The notes under the pieces: model-generated
Told to the model about the DNA's origin: nothing
Seen by the model: the letters and a program-made list of their open reading frames with translations, nothing else
The model's database searches: none
Shown here: positions 38,651 to 51,969 of the stretch, piece after piece
Position numbering within the stretch: position 1 is the stretch's first letter
Layout of the letters: each line of letters opens with the position of its first letter
Assembly (NCBI GenBank): GCA_951406725.2
Contig: OX597814.1
Location: 163,618,001-163,682,000, forward strand
DNA from: Octopus vulgaris
Lineage: Eukaryota
Reading direction: 5' to 3'
DNA length: 64,000 nt
Program-made: the position numbers and the translations under genes

Positions 38651-38809
38651 TAGTCTGCATTTGGGAATTTATTTTATGGATGCGATCTGGGTTGCTGATT
38701 TTAAATATCTAGGCCGTTTGCTCTATCATGTAAGGATTTTCAATGAAATATAAATTAATGATAATTAAAAAAAATGTGAATTTTTAATAAATTGCTACTT
38801 TATTATTTC

Positions 38810-39005
38810 TTTTTCTACTCTAGGCACAAGGCCCGAAATTTTGGGGGAGGGGGCCCAGTCGATTAGATCGACCCCAGTTCGAAGCTGGTACTTAATTTAT
38901 CGACCCTGAAAGTCAAAGTCGACCTCGGCCGAATTTGAACTCAAAACGTAAAGACTGCTAAGCATTTCGCTCGACGTGCTAATGTTTCTGCCAGCTCACC
39001 GCCTT
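38810..39005 (-). mobile_element. SINE (Meta/MESC-like core)
   Basis: Full copy with CpGs retained. Confidence 0.8.
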
Positions 39006-39162
39006 AAATTGTTACTTTATTAAAATGAAGTAAGTAATCATGGATAAAGCACATTCTGTTAGTTTCAAGAACGTATGTATTCCAAATCAGCATGAAACGA
39101 ATCATGTTCATCATGAATCATCCACATCAAATCAAATGAATGTAACAAAAATATGGTCCTAT

Positions 39163-39330
39163 AGGCGTAGGAGTGGCTGTGTGGTTAGTAGCTTGCTTAC
39201 CAACCACATGGTTCCGGGTTCAGTCCCACTGCGTGGCACCTTGCGCAAGTGTCCTCTACTATAGCCTCGGGCCGACCAAAGCCTTGTGAGTGGATTTGGT
39301 AGACGGAAACTGAAAGAAGCCCGTCGTATG

Positions 39331-39393
<63 letters not shown>

Positions 39394-39660
39394 GAAATAT
39401 TAAAATTACTAAGTCTCGCTAAAGGAGATTACGGTAGCGTTACTGGATATTATATGTGTGTGTGTCTGTATATGTTTGTGTGTCTTTGTCCCCCCAACCG
39501 ATGCTGGTGTGTTTAGGTCCCCGTCACTTAGCGGTTCGGCAAAACAGACCGATAGAATAAGTACTAGGCTTACAAAGATTAAGTCCTGGGGTCGATTTGC
39601 TCGACTAAAGGCGGTGCTCCAGCATGGCCACAGTCAAATGACTGAAACAAGTAAAAGAGT
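39163..39660 (+). mobile_element. Full-length tRNA-derived SINE with (TA)n linker
   Basis: A-box-like TGGCTGTGTGG, B-box-like GGTTCAGTCC, tail GACTGAAACAAGTAAAAGAG. Confidence 0.85.
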
Positions 39661-39689
39661 AATGATTAGCCTACATATTGATTCAAAGG

Positions 39690-41470
39690 AAGGAATTCCG
39701 CTTGTGCTGTGCATCCGGACCATTTGCCCTGATATCGAGTTTCCATGGAGCAAATATCCCGATGGAAGCCCTCCTTGTTCCTCACTGGAAAAATTGTCAA
39801 GACGTGAGTGCAAAAAGTACATCTTGACACTCATTCTAGACGTAAGTTGTTGGAAACTTGAAATCAAGTCTTGGATCATTTTTTTTTATATTCTGGGGAG
39901 CGGCTGTTTCCCAAGAAGTTTTGGACAATCTGCATGAAAGAAAACCAGGCATTCACTTTGACACCTGTTAATGTTTCCTCAAAATGCTTTTCCTTTATCA
40001 GTTCCCGAATCTGAGGGCCAACAAAGAGTCCTTCCTTTGGCTTCCCTTCACCTATACGAGAAAACTTTAACTCCGCGTACTTGAAAGCAACTCCAGCCTT
40101 GTTCGGGCCTTCAAAAAACTTTTCGTAAGCCTTAATTTGATGTGGTGTGGTGGCAGCAGAATTTTCTTGGAGTCAACACAGCTTTCATGTTGTGATTTCC
40201 GGGTAAGAAGCTGGTTCTTGGTGGCCAGTCTTTTTGTTCATAGTGATGCCTGTCTGCCCTACTATCTCAAAGACAAAGGAAACAGAGAAACTTGGTGTAT
40301 CTTCCTTGAAGATCTTGAAGATCAACAACTTTTAACTCACCACAAATGAGAAAATTGTGATTATGGCATTTGATAGCAGTTATTAGTGTCCTCATATTTT
40401 CATAAGTTTCTGACATTTGGACACTATGGCCATTTGGCACAGATACAGCTGTGTTGCCATTGTATAGAAGAACAGCCTTTAAACTTCTGTTGGACGAATC
40501 AACGAAGAGCTTCCATTCATCTGTGTTCAATAAAGTCAGAAATATTTGAATAGAAAGCCAAAGAATCCTGATTCTTAAAGAGCTGAGTGAATTCGACGAA
40601 TGCTGTCCCAGGAGCTAGAAGCCTGTGTTCCTTCAGTCTAGAGCAAAGTAACTGTGCATTTTCTTTTGAAAGGTTAAGTTCTCTCACCAAGTCATTGAGC
40701 TCAACTTGACTGAAGAGGTTGGGATCGTCATTTGTTGGTAGTTCATAGTCTACGTCTTATTTCTTTATTGCCCACAAGGGGATAAACATAGAGGGGACAG
40801 GCAAGGACAGACAAAGGGATTAAGTTGATTACATCGACCCCAGTGCGTAACTGGTACTTAATTTATCGACCCCGAAAGGATGAAAGACAAAGTTGACCTC
40901 GGCGGCATTTGAACTCAGAATGTAACGTCAGACGTAATACCGCTAAGCATTTCGTCCGGCACGCTAACGTTTCTACCAGCTCGTCGCCTTATAGTCTACG
41001 TCATAGTCTACTTCTATCTTATTAGTATTACTAGTATCAGACCCTGACGAAATTTCTCATGTCTCAGGTGGCACAGGTACAAGAATATCAGCTGAGTGTG
41101 GAACAGATCTGATTGCTGATGGAATATTTGAGTATATTATGCGATTCGTAGTCTTCCTGTTGAATCCAGCTATTTTAGTCATACAGAACTAGCAGTCATT
41201 ATGGTGGTTTATCTGCTCCCGCTATACCATTAGTACCCCAAAGGGAACACATTTTAGTTTTCAAAGTGACCACATTTGGAGCTTACTAATGAAACTCTTT
41301 TAAGCTTTGTGAGGGGCAAATCGCTTGTCTTGGTCTCCCAGTTTGTGGCCAAAATAAGCTAAATAGCAGCGCTTCAACAAAAGAGTAATATTGTTCCGGG
41401 AATCTGAAGGGGTGATTTGCTCACAGACAGAGCAAAATATGCCTGGTGAATTTATGCAGCTTGTAGACAT
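39690..41470 (-). mobile_element. Chapaev3-like (CMC) transposase pseudogene
   Basis: MSTSCINSPGIFCSVCE...GDQDKRFAPHK*, NHHNDC, ELNDLVRELNLSKE, EWKLFVDSSNRSLKAVLLYNGN and YFLHSRLDNF motifs, with stops and frameshifts. Possible CAC terminus at 38648. Confidence 0.75.
40757..40990 (-). mobile_element. SINE inserted in the transposase, 12-bp TSD
   Basis: ATAGTCTACGTC at 40745-40756 and 40991-41002. Confidence 0.9.
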
Positions 41471-41579
41471 ATTCCTAATCTAAAAATAACGAAAAATATA
41501 TTAGATCTAACATTTAAATAAATATAAGATAAGCATTTTCATTGGTAATATACTTTATCATTGACTTATGATATACAGT

Positions 41580-42170
41580 TGACAGAACAATTTTGTAGAG
41601 GAGTAATCTTGCAGGAAACGTCCTAGCAAGATTACTCCTCAACAGGCTTGTTCTGTCCATCGTCGAAAATCATCTCCCAGAAAACCAATGTGGTTTCAGA
41701 GCCAACAGGGGTACAACAGATATGGTTTTCATTCTCAGGTAGCTCCAAGAAAAGTGCCGGGAGCAAAGCAAAGCACTTTGCGCATTTTTCGATCTGACAA
41801 AATACGCTTGACACAGTGAGCAGAAAAGGTCTGTGGCAGAAGTAAGCTTGAAAGGTCTGTGGCTGGAAGTACGCCTGAAAAAGACTGTAGTCCTACACCA
41901 ACCAGCTCCTCAGGAAGAATATAGCCCGTCCAACATCACCATTGCCGAAACAGAACTGAAATCAATATAGCTGTTCACTTATCTTGGATGTACCATCTCA
42001 TCAGATGCGAGTATCGACAAAGAAATTGACAACAGACTTACAAAGGTAAACAAAGCATTTGGCGGACCGCAACGTCTACAGGGCCGACTGCTATCATCTA
42101 AGACTCTTCGAACGTTTTCACCAACGCTGCCTCAGTACCATCCTCAACATTTATTGGATCGACTACAATA
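41580..42170 (+). mobile_element. Internally deleted RTE LINE fragment
   Basis: PENQCGFRANRGTTDMVFILR..QEKC.EQ, FTYLGCTIS and KEIDNRL motifs. Confidence 0.8.
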
Positions 42171-42451
42171 CTTGTGATCGAAAAAACATTTTGAATGGGG
42201 CTATTGAAAAAGTTTCTATTTTTTGCTAACAATTAACCTTAAATTTATTATTTGAGTTAATTTTTTAATTGCAGAGTAGCTAATAAAAGCTAATATTTTT
42301 AGTTTTTAAATCTAAATATATTTTTGAATTTTAACTATAGTTGCAATATGTTATGTATAAATATGCTTGTCCTGTGCTTTTCCAGGTTTAATAACTTAAG
42401 AATATTAACCTCCCTGTGTCCGCATTTTTCGATGTAATCCACTTTTTCCCC

Positions 42452-42508
42452 AGTGACAATAATTTATAATAGTGACAATAATTTATAATAGTGACAATAA
42501 TTTATAAT
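42452..42508. repeat. 19-bp tandem repeat, 3 copies
   Basis: AGTGACAATAATTTATAAT three times. Confidence 0.85.
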
Positions 42509-43779
42509 TTTACCTGATTAAAAAATTTTCATTTATTTAATACTTTTGTTGAATAATTTTTCAATTATTTTTCATGTTTGATGATTGAATTAAAATAAGA
42601 ATAATTATTAATCTAAAAAATGCTGAATTATAAGATCACTTTAGTTACACTGGCTCATGAAAAAATCGAAAATTGTAACTAAGATTTGAAAATGAGCGAA
42701 TGCATCCACCCTCGGGAACGTGGAGCCATGCTCTCATGGCAGGGTACCCACCACCTTTGTAGAGAAAATTATTGGAATAAATTAATAAAAGTAGATTTAT
42801 GATAGAAAAGTGATACGTATTTACAATTTGATGTTGGACTTCAAGCAGTGTTAGATTGCCAACACATTGAATAAGTTGTAAATAAGTATTAGTTTGTTAG
42901 ATCATACAAAAAAAAAATCGGTGACAGGTGAATTTTTTTTCGTTGTAGTAGTCAAAAAATGCAAGTTGCTGCACTGGAAATGCTAAATATTAATCCAAAC
43001 TACCTAAATGCAAGATATAAACAATCAATATATTAGTCAATCAAACTACAAAGTTAATTAATTATGGGAAATATAATTGCGAGTTTAATTAAGTAATCAA
43101 TCATTAATTAGTAATTAAAAGAAGCAAAAAAAAAAAAAAAAAGAAATGCACCTATTTGATTCTAACCATTCATACGTTTTTGTTTTACTTTTATTTATTT
43201 TTTAACTCGCATTTGTTTTTTGCTTTTGAAATAAGAAAGTTACTTTGATTCAAAGTCGATTTTTCGCCTTACTCTCATATTTTGACGTAACTTTTTTTTC
43301 CACAGAACCAAATTTCAATAGTTTTATGCTAAAATGTAGCTTTGGAGGTGCCTATTATAGAACTGCTAACAGTTTTGAATTTCGTTGAGAAATGAGTTAG
43401 TAACAAAGCTTTGAAGAGGCTGAAAGTGAGTAAATGTCAACCTTAAGAATATTATTCAATCACTTCCGTTGTTGAAAGATATATATATATACATATACAT
43501 ACGGAGCAAATAAATAATTCAGGAGAAAATACTTGTGAAGATATTATTGACTCTATTATTATCTAGTGTAACAATTAAAAATTATAATAAAAGAACCAAT
43601 AATAAAGGCGATTGCAGGCTCAAAAAGCATTAAATAGCTGAAGGATTAAAATTAATCAAAAGTCATACTAAGTATGTCTACTTGCTGGAAATAAAAGTCA
43701 AAACTCTTATTTAAATCGTGTTCTTTTTTCTTTTCGGCGATTTAAATAAGAGTTTTGACTGTTATTTCCAGCTGGTAGA

Positions 43780-43954
43780 CGACGGGCCTCTTTCAGTTTC
43801 CGTCTACCAAATCCACTCACAAGGCTTTGGTCAGCTTGAGGCTACAGTAGGAGACACCTGCCCAAGGTGGCACGCAGTGGGACTGAGTCTGGAACTTTGT
43901 AGTTGGGAAGCAAACTTCTTACCACACAACCGTATGCATATTTATGTATGTATG

Positions 43955-43996
<42 letters not shown>

Positions 43997-44010
43997 CACA
44001 CACACACATA
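43780..44010 (-). mobile_element. tRNA-SINE head plus microsatellite
   Basis: Reverse complement of the SINE head, followed by (TA)n(CA)n. Confidence 0.75.
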
Positions 44011-44567
44011 AATATATGCACGCGCGCGCGTGTTTTATGACTTTCGGTTGAATTAGAGACTAAGAGGTCCAATTGAAATGATTCTTATATACGTATACAA
44101 AACTATTAACTTTTCTTTTGTTTCCATAACAACTATTTCTCTTTTTCTCTAGTTTATTTCATTACGACCAAGACTCACATTTAAACTTGATTGACACGTT
44201 CCTGAGTTAATATTTCACAATAAACAACAACGCAAACAAACAAAACTAACTGGGCCTCAAAATCGAAATGAATGACACGAAGCGATATAGTGAAATAAGA
44301 ACTAGGAAACATGCAATGCCGCTGCAGTAATTTTCAATTATCCCATCTTCATCCGGTAACCTGAACATAATTTCAAGCTACTTCCCGTTAGCCTGAAATC
44401 TTTTCCAAGTTACCAGGAAGTAGAATGAAATCTATCTCGAATTATCACCGAGACTTAGTATGAACGTAATTTCATATTAACTCCAATGATTTCAAATTAC
44501 ACCGTCAAACTCTTTCCAATGTCTTCCGTTATCTTCTGGTTAAAAAGAGATCATTATTCATTAGTCA

Positions 44568-44985
44568 GGCGCAGGAGTGGCTGTGTGGTAAGTAGTTTGC
44601 TAACCAGCCACATGGTTCCAGGTTCAGTCCCACTACGTGGCACCTTGGGCAAGTGTCTTCTGCTATAGCTTCGGGCCGACCAAAGCCTTGTGAGTGGATT
44701 TGGTAGATGGAAACTGGAAGAAGCCTGTCGTATATATATATGTATATGTATATATGTATGTGTGTGTATATGTTTGTGCGTCTGTGTTTGTCCCTCTAGC
44801 ATTGCTTGACAACCGATGCTGGTGTGTTTACGTCCCCGTCACTTAGCGGTTCGGCAAAAGAGACCGATAGAATAAGTACTGGGCTTACAAAGAATAAGTC
44901 CCGGGGTCGATTTGCTCGACTAAAGGCGGTGCTCCAGCATGGCCGCAGTCAAATGACTGAAACAAGTAAAAGAGTAAAGAGAGTA
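44568..44985 (+). mobile_element. Full-length tRNA-derived SINE
   Basis: Intact head, microsatellite linker and tail. Confidence 0.9.
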
Positions 44986-45066
44986 GTCATAGTAATATAA
45001 TTAGTACTGGAATATATTTAATGTACTAAATCCTTACCACAAATTTCTAACTTCGTGCCTATACGC

Positions 45067-45577
45067 TTTACTCTTTACTCTTTTACTTGTTTCAGTCATT
45101 TGACTGTGGCCATACTGGAGCACCGCCTTTAGTCGAGCAAATCGACCCCAGGACTTTGTAAGCCTAGTACTTATTCTATCGGTCTTTTTTGCCGAACCGC
45201 TAAGTTACGGGGACGTAAACACACCAGCATCGGCTGTCAAGCGATGTTGGGGGGACAAACACAGGCACACAAACACATGCACATACATACATACATACAT
45301 ACACACATACGTACATACATACATACATGCATGCATACATGCATACATGCATACATGCATGCATGCATACATACATGCATACATACATATATATACATAC
45401 ATACACATATACACGATGGGCTTCTTTCAGTTTCCGTCTACCAAATCCACTCACAAGGCTTTATTCGGCCCGAGGCTATAGTAGAAGACACTTGCCTAAA
45501 GTGCCACGCAATGGGACTGAACCCAGAACCTTGTGGTTCGTAAGCAAGCTACTTACCACACAGCCACTCTTACACCT
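45067..45577 (-). mobile_element. Full-length tRNA-derived SINE, inverted relative to 44568-44985
   Basis: Reverse complement of its neighbour, about 80 bp away. Confidence 0.9.
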
Positions 45578-45899
45578 CTGTTAAAAACTATTTATAATAA
45601 TAATAATGGTTTCAAATTTTGGCACAAAGCCAGCAAGTTTGAGAGAGGGATAAATCGATTGCATAAACCGATTCAACTGGCACTTATTTTATTGACTCCG
45701 AAAGGAAGCAAAGCAAAGTCTACTTCGGAAGAAATTGAACTCAGAACGGAAAGTCGGTCGAAATACCGCTAAGCATTTCGTTCAGAGTGCTAACGACTTT
45801 GCCAGCTCGCCGTCTTAATAATAATAATAATAATAATAATAATTTCTTTTATTGGCCACAAGAGCCCAAAACATGGAGAACAATATCAAAGGACGAGAT

Positions 45900-45975
<76 letters not shown>

Positions 45976-46039
45976 TACACACAAACAGGTGGGGTTTACA
46001 TCGATCAAAGGTAGACACTACAAAATTAAAGTATATAAC

Positions 46040-46900
46040 AGAAATTAGAAAATTAAGTAATTAAGTAATAGTATCCCCAAGAAATCCACTCAGTCTCAAC
46101 AGTCTTGCCACTCTCATCCACCTTTTGATAAACATACTAGAAGGCAGAACCTCCTTCTCTATCCTCACCTTCCTCTTCAAATGATTTTTGGAGAAATTGA
46201 TGAGAGCTTGACCAGATAGAAAAGTACCTGTCTTCAAACGTTTCAGATAAGTCCACCACACAGCCTCTTTTGTCACAGACAGCTTCTTTTTTCACCACAC
46301 AGCTACTACGCAGAGAAAGAGCTGCCTTCCGCCTCTGCTAAAGGAAGGTGGTGCGTCGATCTTCAGTATACGTTTGGTGGACAACTGGATTCGCCTTACA
46401 CAAGACAACAACTGCTCAATATAAGCCCACAAATCTTTAATGCTGAACGATTTCATGCAGGACGGTTTCGTCCCCCTTGCATGCATCTCGAACAGGTTCG
46501 GCTGTTGGCACTTCCATGCCTGAAGACCTTGTCTCGAACAGGCAATGCCCTACTGTAGCACTGTCGTGCCAAAGACTTTTGGAAATTGTCCATGATCTCC
46601 CCATAAGTCCTCCAGAAGAGACCACTCAGACTGTTCATGTTGATGTCCAGATTCAATTCCCGGCCATCGTCGCTCATGCCCTCAACTAGTACCCTATAGG
46701 TTGTTTTCCCGCTAATGGTTTTGTCCAGCTGGAAAAGTGCAGTGAGGTTGTGGAAACACTTTAGATGCCAAACGCCCAATCTTGGTTCACGCTTGACCCA
46801 TGACTGCAGCTCCGAGGCCAATGAAACAGCTTGTAAGCTCCCTAGAAAAATGTGCCAGGATACATATATGACTGGTCGGTCAAGTTAGCTCTCTATGCCG
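46040..46900 (-). mobile_element. Tx1/L1-like LINE 3' fragment
   Basis: LPVRDKVFRHG..CSRC...ET..H zinc-knuckle region and AVWW motif; frameshifted. Confidence 0.7.
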
Positions 46901-47619
46901 CGGACTCATATATTACTGGTCGGCCAGGTTAACTCTCTACGCTCCAAACCTTGTACAAATCTCTCACCCACTTCACAGAATTTCTCCCCCACAAAGATAG
47001 CAGCAACAAGACTAGCAGATTGAATACTGCCGGTCCACTTTCTATGGCTATAAAATGTAATGAACACAAAGAAATGAACAATAACACCTCTAAACAACAA
47101 TGACAACACAGTGCAAAAACAACAGCAGTAACAATGGTCTGCGAAAGGACAACAATATCAACAAAACTACCGTGGCCACGAGAAATAGTAAAAATAGCTA
47201 ATACAACGTAAATAATAAGAAAGACAATAGGAACAATACTGTCTACAACAGTACTACCGCTACGACTGACAATTACAATACAAGCAAATAGTATTGGATA
47301 CAAATTTTGGCACGAGGCCAGCAATTTCAGGGAGGGGATAAGTTGATTACATCGACTCCAATGCTCAACTGGTACTGATTTTATCGATCTCGACAAGATG
47401 AAAGGCAAAGTGGAATTTGAACTAACCTAAGCATTCTGCCTGGCGTGTAAACGATTCTGTTAGCTCGACGCCTTATACAAGCAAATGATATATTCTAGGT
47501 ATAGCATGAAAAGGTATACGGTTGTGGCCTCCCGACGTGGGGATAATGAGGTTAACCTTAACCACAACTACCTTCAGGTCACTGTTGGGTAAGGCGTGAG
47601 ACGGTGAGACTGAAGTTGA

Positions 47620-49845
47620 AATAAATTAGCAATTTGGAATGGACCAGACCCTGGTGGAGTACAAAGCTACTGGCTGAAGAACTTTATACAATTACATGAA
47701 AAGATCACTACACAACTGGATGAATGCCTGCAGCATGGTCATGTCCCTATCTAAATGACAAGTGAACGAATACTGTTATGTCTCAAGGACCACATTGAAA
47801 AGTAAATTGGTATCAAATTTTCGACCTATAAACTGCTTGCCACTTAGGCGGAAGCTTATAACCAGTGTCTTGGTGAAAAAAACCCAAAACAATCTATTTC
47901 CAGAAGAACAGAAAGGTTGCAGGAAAGTAGAGCAACTAAATATCACTCATTAATTGATAAAATGATAGTTAGAAATTGTAGACGCAGATTGACGGGACTG
48001 GATGTAGCATGGCTGGATTGCAAGAAAGAGTATGTCATAGTACCACACAGTTGGGTAAGTAAAACAATGAGTATGTTTGGAGTGGTAGAAAATATGGAGA
48101 AAATGGTTACTGAAAGTAAGAAACATTGGAATATTGAATTGACAGGAGGAAAACAAAGACTTGGGAAAGTGAACACTGGATGGGGTATATTTTGAAGTGA
48201 CAGCTTATTGCCACTATTTTTTGTATTGGCCATGATACCGCTCAGTTTGATATTATGGAAAGTTAAAATAGCTTATGATCTGGGAAAAGGATATGGTCAG
48301 ATAAATCATCTCTTTTTTATGGATGATATTATGACATTATACGAAAGATGATAAGCAGCTTGTACATACTGTTCGAGTTTTCTCAAATGATGTTGATATG
48401 GAATTTGGGATTGAAAAGTGCGCTATATTAAAAATGGAACGAAGAATATCTGAAGGAAAATAGGGAATTGAAATGCCAAATGGGCAAACAATGAAAGCGG
48501 TTTAGAAAGGACAGTGCTATAAGTATTAGGGGATACTGGAGGCAGATGAAATAAAACAGTAAAAGATAAAACAAATTACCAGTAGGGAGTATACAAGGAA
48601 GGTGAGAAAAATATTACTATGGAAGACGAAGTAAAAAAAAAAACGTTATTGAAGCAATAAATAAAAAAAAAAGCAGTTCCGGTTATCAGATGTGGAATTG
48701 GAATTGTAGATGTGACGAAAAACAACATACAGAATCTTGACAGAAAAACTAGAAAGTTGTTGACCGTGTACGGAGGCTACCTTACGAAAGCTGGTATGAA
48801 CCGGTTGTACTTTAAGAGAGAGACCAGGGTGGAAGAGGCTTAATTACTCTGGTAAAGTGTGTATAGATGGAAAGAAAAAGCCTACTAGAATATTTACAGA
48901 ACAACGCAGAAAAACTACTAAAGACAGTAAATAAGGAACAGAGGATCAAGTGTGGAATAGGAGAAAAGGACAAGAATGAAATTCAAAGAAGGAAAAGGTT
49001 AAACAGATTGAAGAGAAATCTTTGCATGGTCAGTTTTGGAAAACCACTGAGGATGTATGTGAAACAAAAACTTGAGCTTGGTTAAAAAAGGAACCGTTAA
49101 AAAAAAAGAAACTGAGAACCTTGTTATAGCTGCTTAAGATCAATCGAGGAAAACAAACAACCTGAGAAAATAAGTATATGGGGAAAAGGAATTAGAAAAA
49201 TATAGAGTCTGGAATTTGGAATGAGACAGTGACACACATTGTTGCAGAATGACCCAAGTTGGCCAGGGAGAATATAAGAAATGGAGGCACGACCGTTGTG
49301 AAAGTTTTACACTGGAAGCTTTGTCAGAAGTGGGGATTTGAAGCTGGAGGTACATGGTATGACCATCAGGTAGAAAGAGTGCTGGAGTAGAAAAACAAAA
49401 TTTCATGAGATTTTTCTATTCAAACGGATAAGAAACTAGAAAATAATAGATCAAACATGACAATAATAGGTTAGGAAAAACATAGTTGCTTACTACTTGA
49501 TCAATCATGTCCGTTTGATTTCAGGATTGTAAAGAAACAAGATGAAAAAAATTTTTAAATGCTATCTTTTACAATTTGAAATTGCAAGAATTTGGAGCAT
49601 GAAAACAGTAAAGGTTATGCCGATAATAATTTGTGTATTGGGTACTGTGAGCAAAGATACATATAGACAAATGGATGACGAAAACTGGAATTTGACGAAA
49701 ACTGTAAAATTTGCCTCTTATGAACAGGAAAAATTATCAGAAGGGTTTTAAGCACTTGAAAGACTATTGAAAGCTTGTGGATACCATACGAAGTAAATTC
49801 TACCAGGAATCAAATCAAACTTGAGTCAAATCACATAATAATAAC
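47620..49845 (+). mobile_element. Degenerate R4/Dong-like RLE LINE
   Basis: NFRPINCLP, PEEQKGC, VPHSW, HLFFMDD and FGIEKCA motifs with many stops; short TAA tail; homologous to 62248-64000. Confidence 0.8.
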
Positions 49846-50139
49846 AGACAAAATTCTTAGCGACATTTCGTCTTTATGTACATTCTGCGGGGTCGACTTT
49901 GCCATTCATCCTTTCAGGCTCGATAAATTTAAGTACTAATCGAATACTATGGTCGATGTTAATGGACTAACATCTCCCCTGTAGTTGCTGGTCTTGTGCC
50001 AAAATTTGAAATCATTATTCTTACTTATTTCCATATCTGGATATGTCTCAAATGCTCCGTGAGTTTTTGCATTGTTTCCGTTATTAGAAAGATATTAGAA
50101 GTGTTTGTAGATAGGTGTCCTCATCTTGTTTGCTGTTAT

Positions 50140-50181
50140 CACAACGTTTCGGCTGACATACTCTCCAGTCTTCATCAGGTG
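50140..50181 (-). ncRNA. Minimal type I hammerhead ribozyme motif
   Basis: cac CUGAUGA agacugg..cagcc GAAA cg UU gug; palindromic AACGUU stem III. Confidence 0.6.
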
Positions 50182-50990
50182 TTCTGGTGGAATTTTGAAT
50201 CTAACCCTTTATTTGACTAATGGGGTACACTGTTCTCATTCCTAAAGTACGTTATTTTTCTGTTGATATTATCATAATAATATATGATAATATCAACAGA
50301 ATATTATTTTAAAGTCCCTTCCTGTGATTGAACTTACAATCCGAGCTCTTACCCACTGCGCTATATGCTCGTGGGCAATTATAGAGTGAATTTTAGGGCT
50401 TATAAACCTAGTATCTTATCTTTTCTTCATACTGGTTCTCATATTACACTCATATCTGCACAAGGTCTGCTTAGGTCTGCGTGTACTCTATCCCATGCAG
50501 TTGTGGTAGGCTATATAAAGGTGGAACATGCGTTCCCTTAAAGGAAGGGTAGAGGAATATCGTAAAGCTGTGACACGAGGGGATGTTGAAAAATTGGGTA
50601 TAGCCGATCATGTATGGAAAAACGGAGACCATCTCCCGCTGTGGGATGAAGTTAAAATAATCGACAAAGAACATCACTGGCAAATACGAAAATTAAAAGA
50701 GGCTGCACATATGCTAGGAAACAATAACCTCCTAAGCAGACCTAGTGCAGATATGAATGTAAAATGGGAACCAGTATTAAGAAAAGATAAAATACTAGGC
50801 TTATAAGCCCTAAAATTCACGGGCATATAGCGTAGCGAATAAGAGCGCGGCTACTAACCATCGGATTATAAGTTCATTTCCAGGAAAGGGATGAACTTAG
50901 AAAATAATATCCACAGAAAACTAACATCAGCAACATTCCTTAGGAATGTGAATAGTATACCCCATTAGTCAAATAAAGGGTTGGGTTCGA

Positions 50991-51691
50991 GGATCTTTTC
51001 GGTTTGAACGGCTAGGTTGTGCCTAGCCATTCAGCTGATTACTAATATGATCAGAGCTAACGTGAAGTTTCTCAGTCACAACAAATTGTTTTACTTTCAA
51101 TGTAATAAAACATGTCCAACATTATTACTCCTGCCTTATTGAATATACAATAAATTGTGTTATATCACACAATAAATTGTTTCGAAAGTAGTTTAGTTTA
51201 ACAGTTCATCATTTATATAAGTTACAATGATTGCAGCTGCTACCATCGATGCGACTGTAGTATATAAAACAGCTAGGCTCTTTTCGGTTTGAACGGCAGT
51301 TTTTTCTAGCGATGTCATATGAAATTGTCACCCATAATTATGACCCTAGTATCGATCTATTGCATTTCAATCTGTTTTAGGGTTAGGACTAGTTAGGGTT
51401 AGGGTTAGAGGTGGGGGGAAGGGTATCTTTTTTTCTTCACAAATGTAAATAAACCCAATCTGTTTCTTAAACGGCACAAAATGCTTTTTAACTCAATAGA
51501 CGTCACTGATTGGTTGAAATTGCAGAAATTGAAGAAAAACAACAACAAATATCTTACAAACTATAGAATTTTCTCAAGAAAGCCAAGAGAAAAAGATGTT
51601 TTATAAACACATTCTACCAGCATACGAAGTTTAAAATTTTTTAGTTACCTAGAAATTATGTTAAAAACTGCCGTTCAAACCGAAAAGATCC
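50991..51691. mobile_element. MITE with 22-bp TIRs and 8-bp TSD (possibly Merlin-like)
   Basis: GGATCTTTTCGGTTTGAACGGC...GCCGTTCAAACCGAAAAGATCC; TSD GGGTTCGA/GGATTCGA. The empty site is visible in the inverted pLTR copy. Confidence 0.85.
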
Positions 51692-51712
51692 GGATTCGAA
51701 ATTCCACCAGAA

Positions 51713-51752
51713 CACCTGATGAAGGCTGGGGAGTATCAGCCGAAACATTGTG
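51713..51752 (+). ncRNA. Minimal hammerhead ribozyme motif (CG>CA change in loop 3)
   Basis: cac CUGAUGA aggcug...cagcc GAAA ca UU gug. Confidence 0.55.
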
Positions 51753-51969
51753 ATAACAACTCACAAGATGAGGACACCTATCCGTCCATTGTACATGATG
51801 TACATAATTCCTCATCTCAAAAATATAGAATAATAGAAGTGTTTCGTTGATTTCATTTATGTGTATTGTTGTCTAAGATCACCAGAACCACAAAGGTATG
51901 ATCAACCGCTTCAGTTACTTGCCCTTCGGGGGAAAAAAATTCGAAAAGAAAATATTTTCTTTCCAAAAT

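Larger units (their letters stand above)
50112..51782 (+). mobile_element. 5'-truncated Penelope-like element with GIY-YIG endonuclease and inverted 5' pseudo-LTR
   Basis: VYSIPCSCGRLY.G.T.RSLKGRVEEY...IADH...RKLKEAAH at 50480-50806. Region 50112-50474 is the inverted copy of 50731-50990 plus 51692-51782. Confidence 0.85.

Noticed and set aside
39163-39240. tRNA genes at SINE heads
   Set aside because: A/B boxes are present, but there is no complete cloverleaf and each continues into a SINE body.
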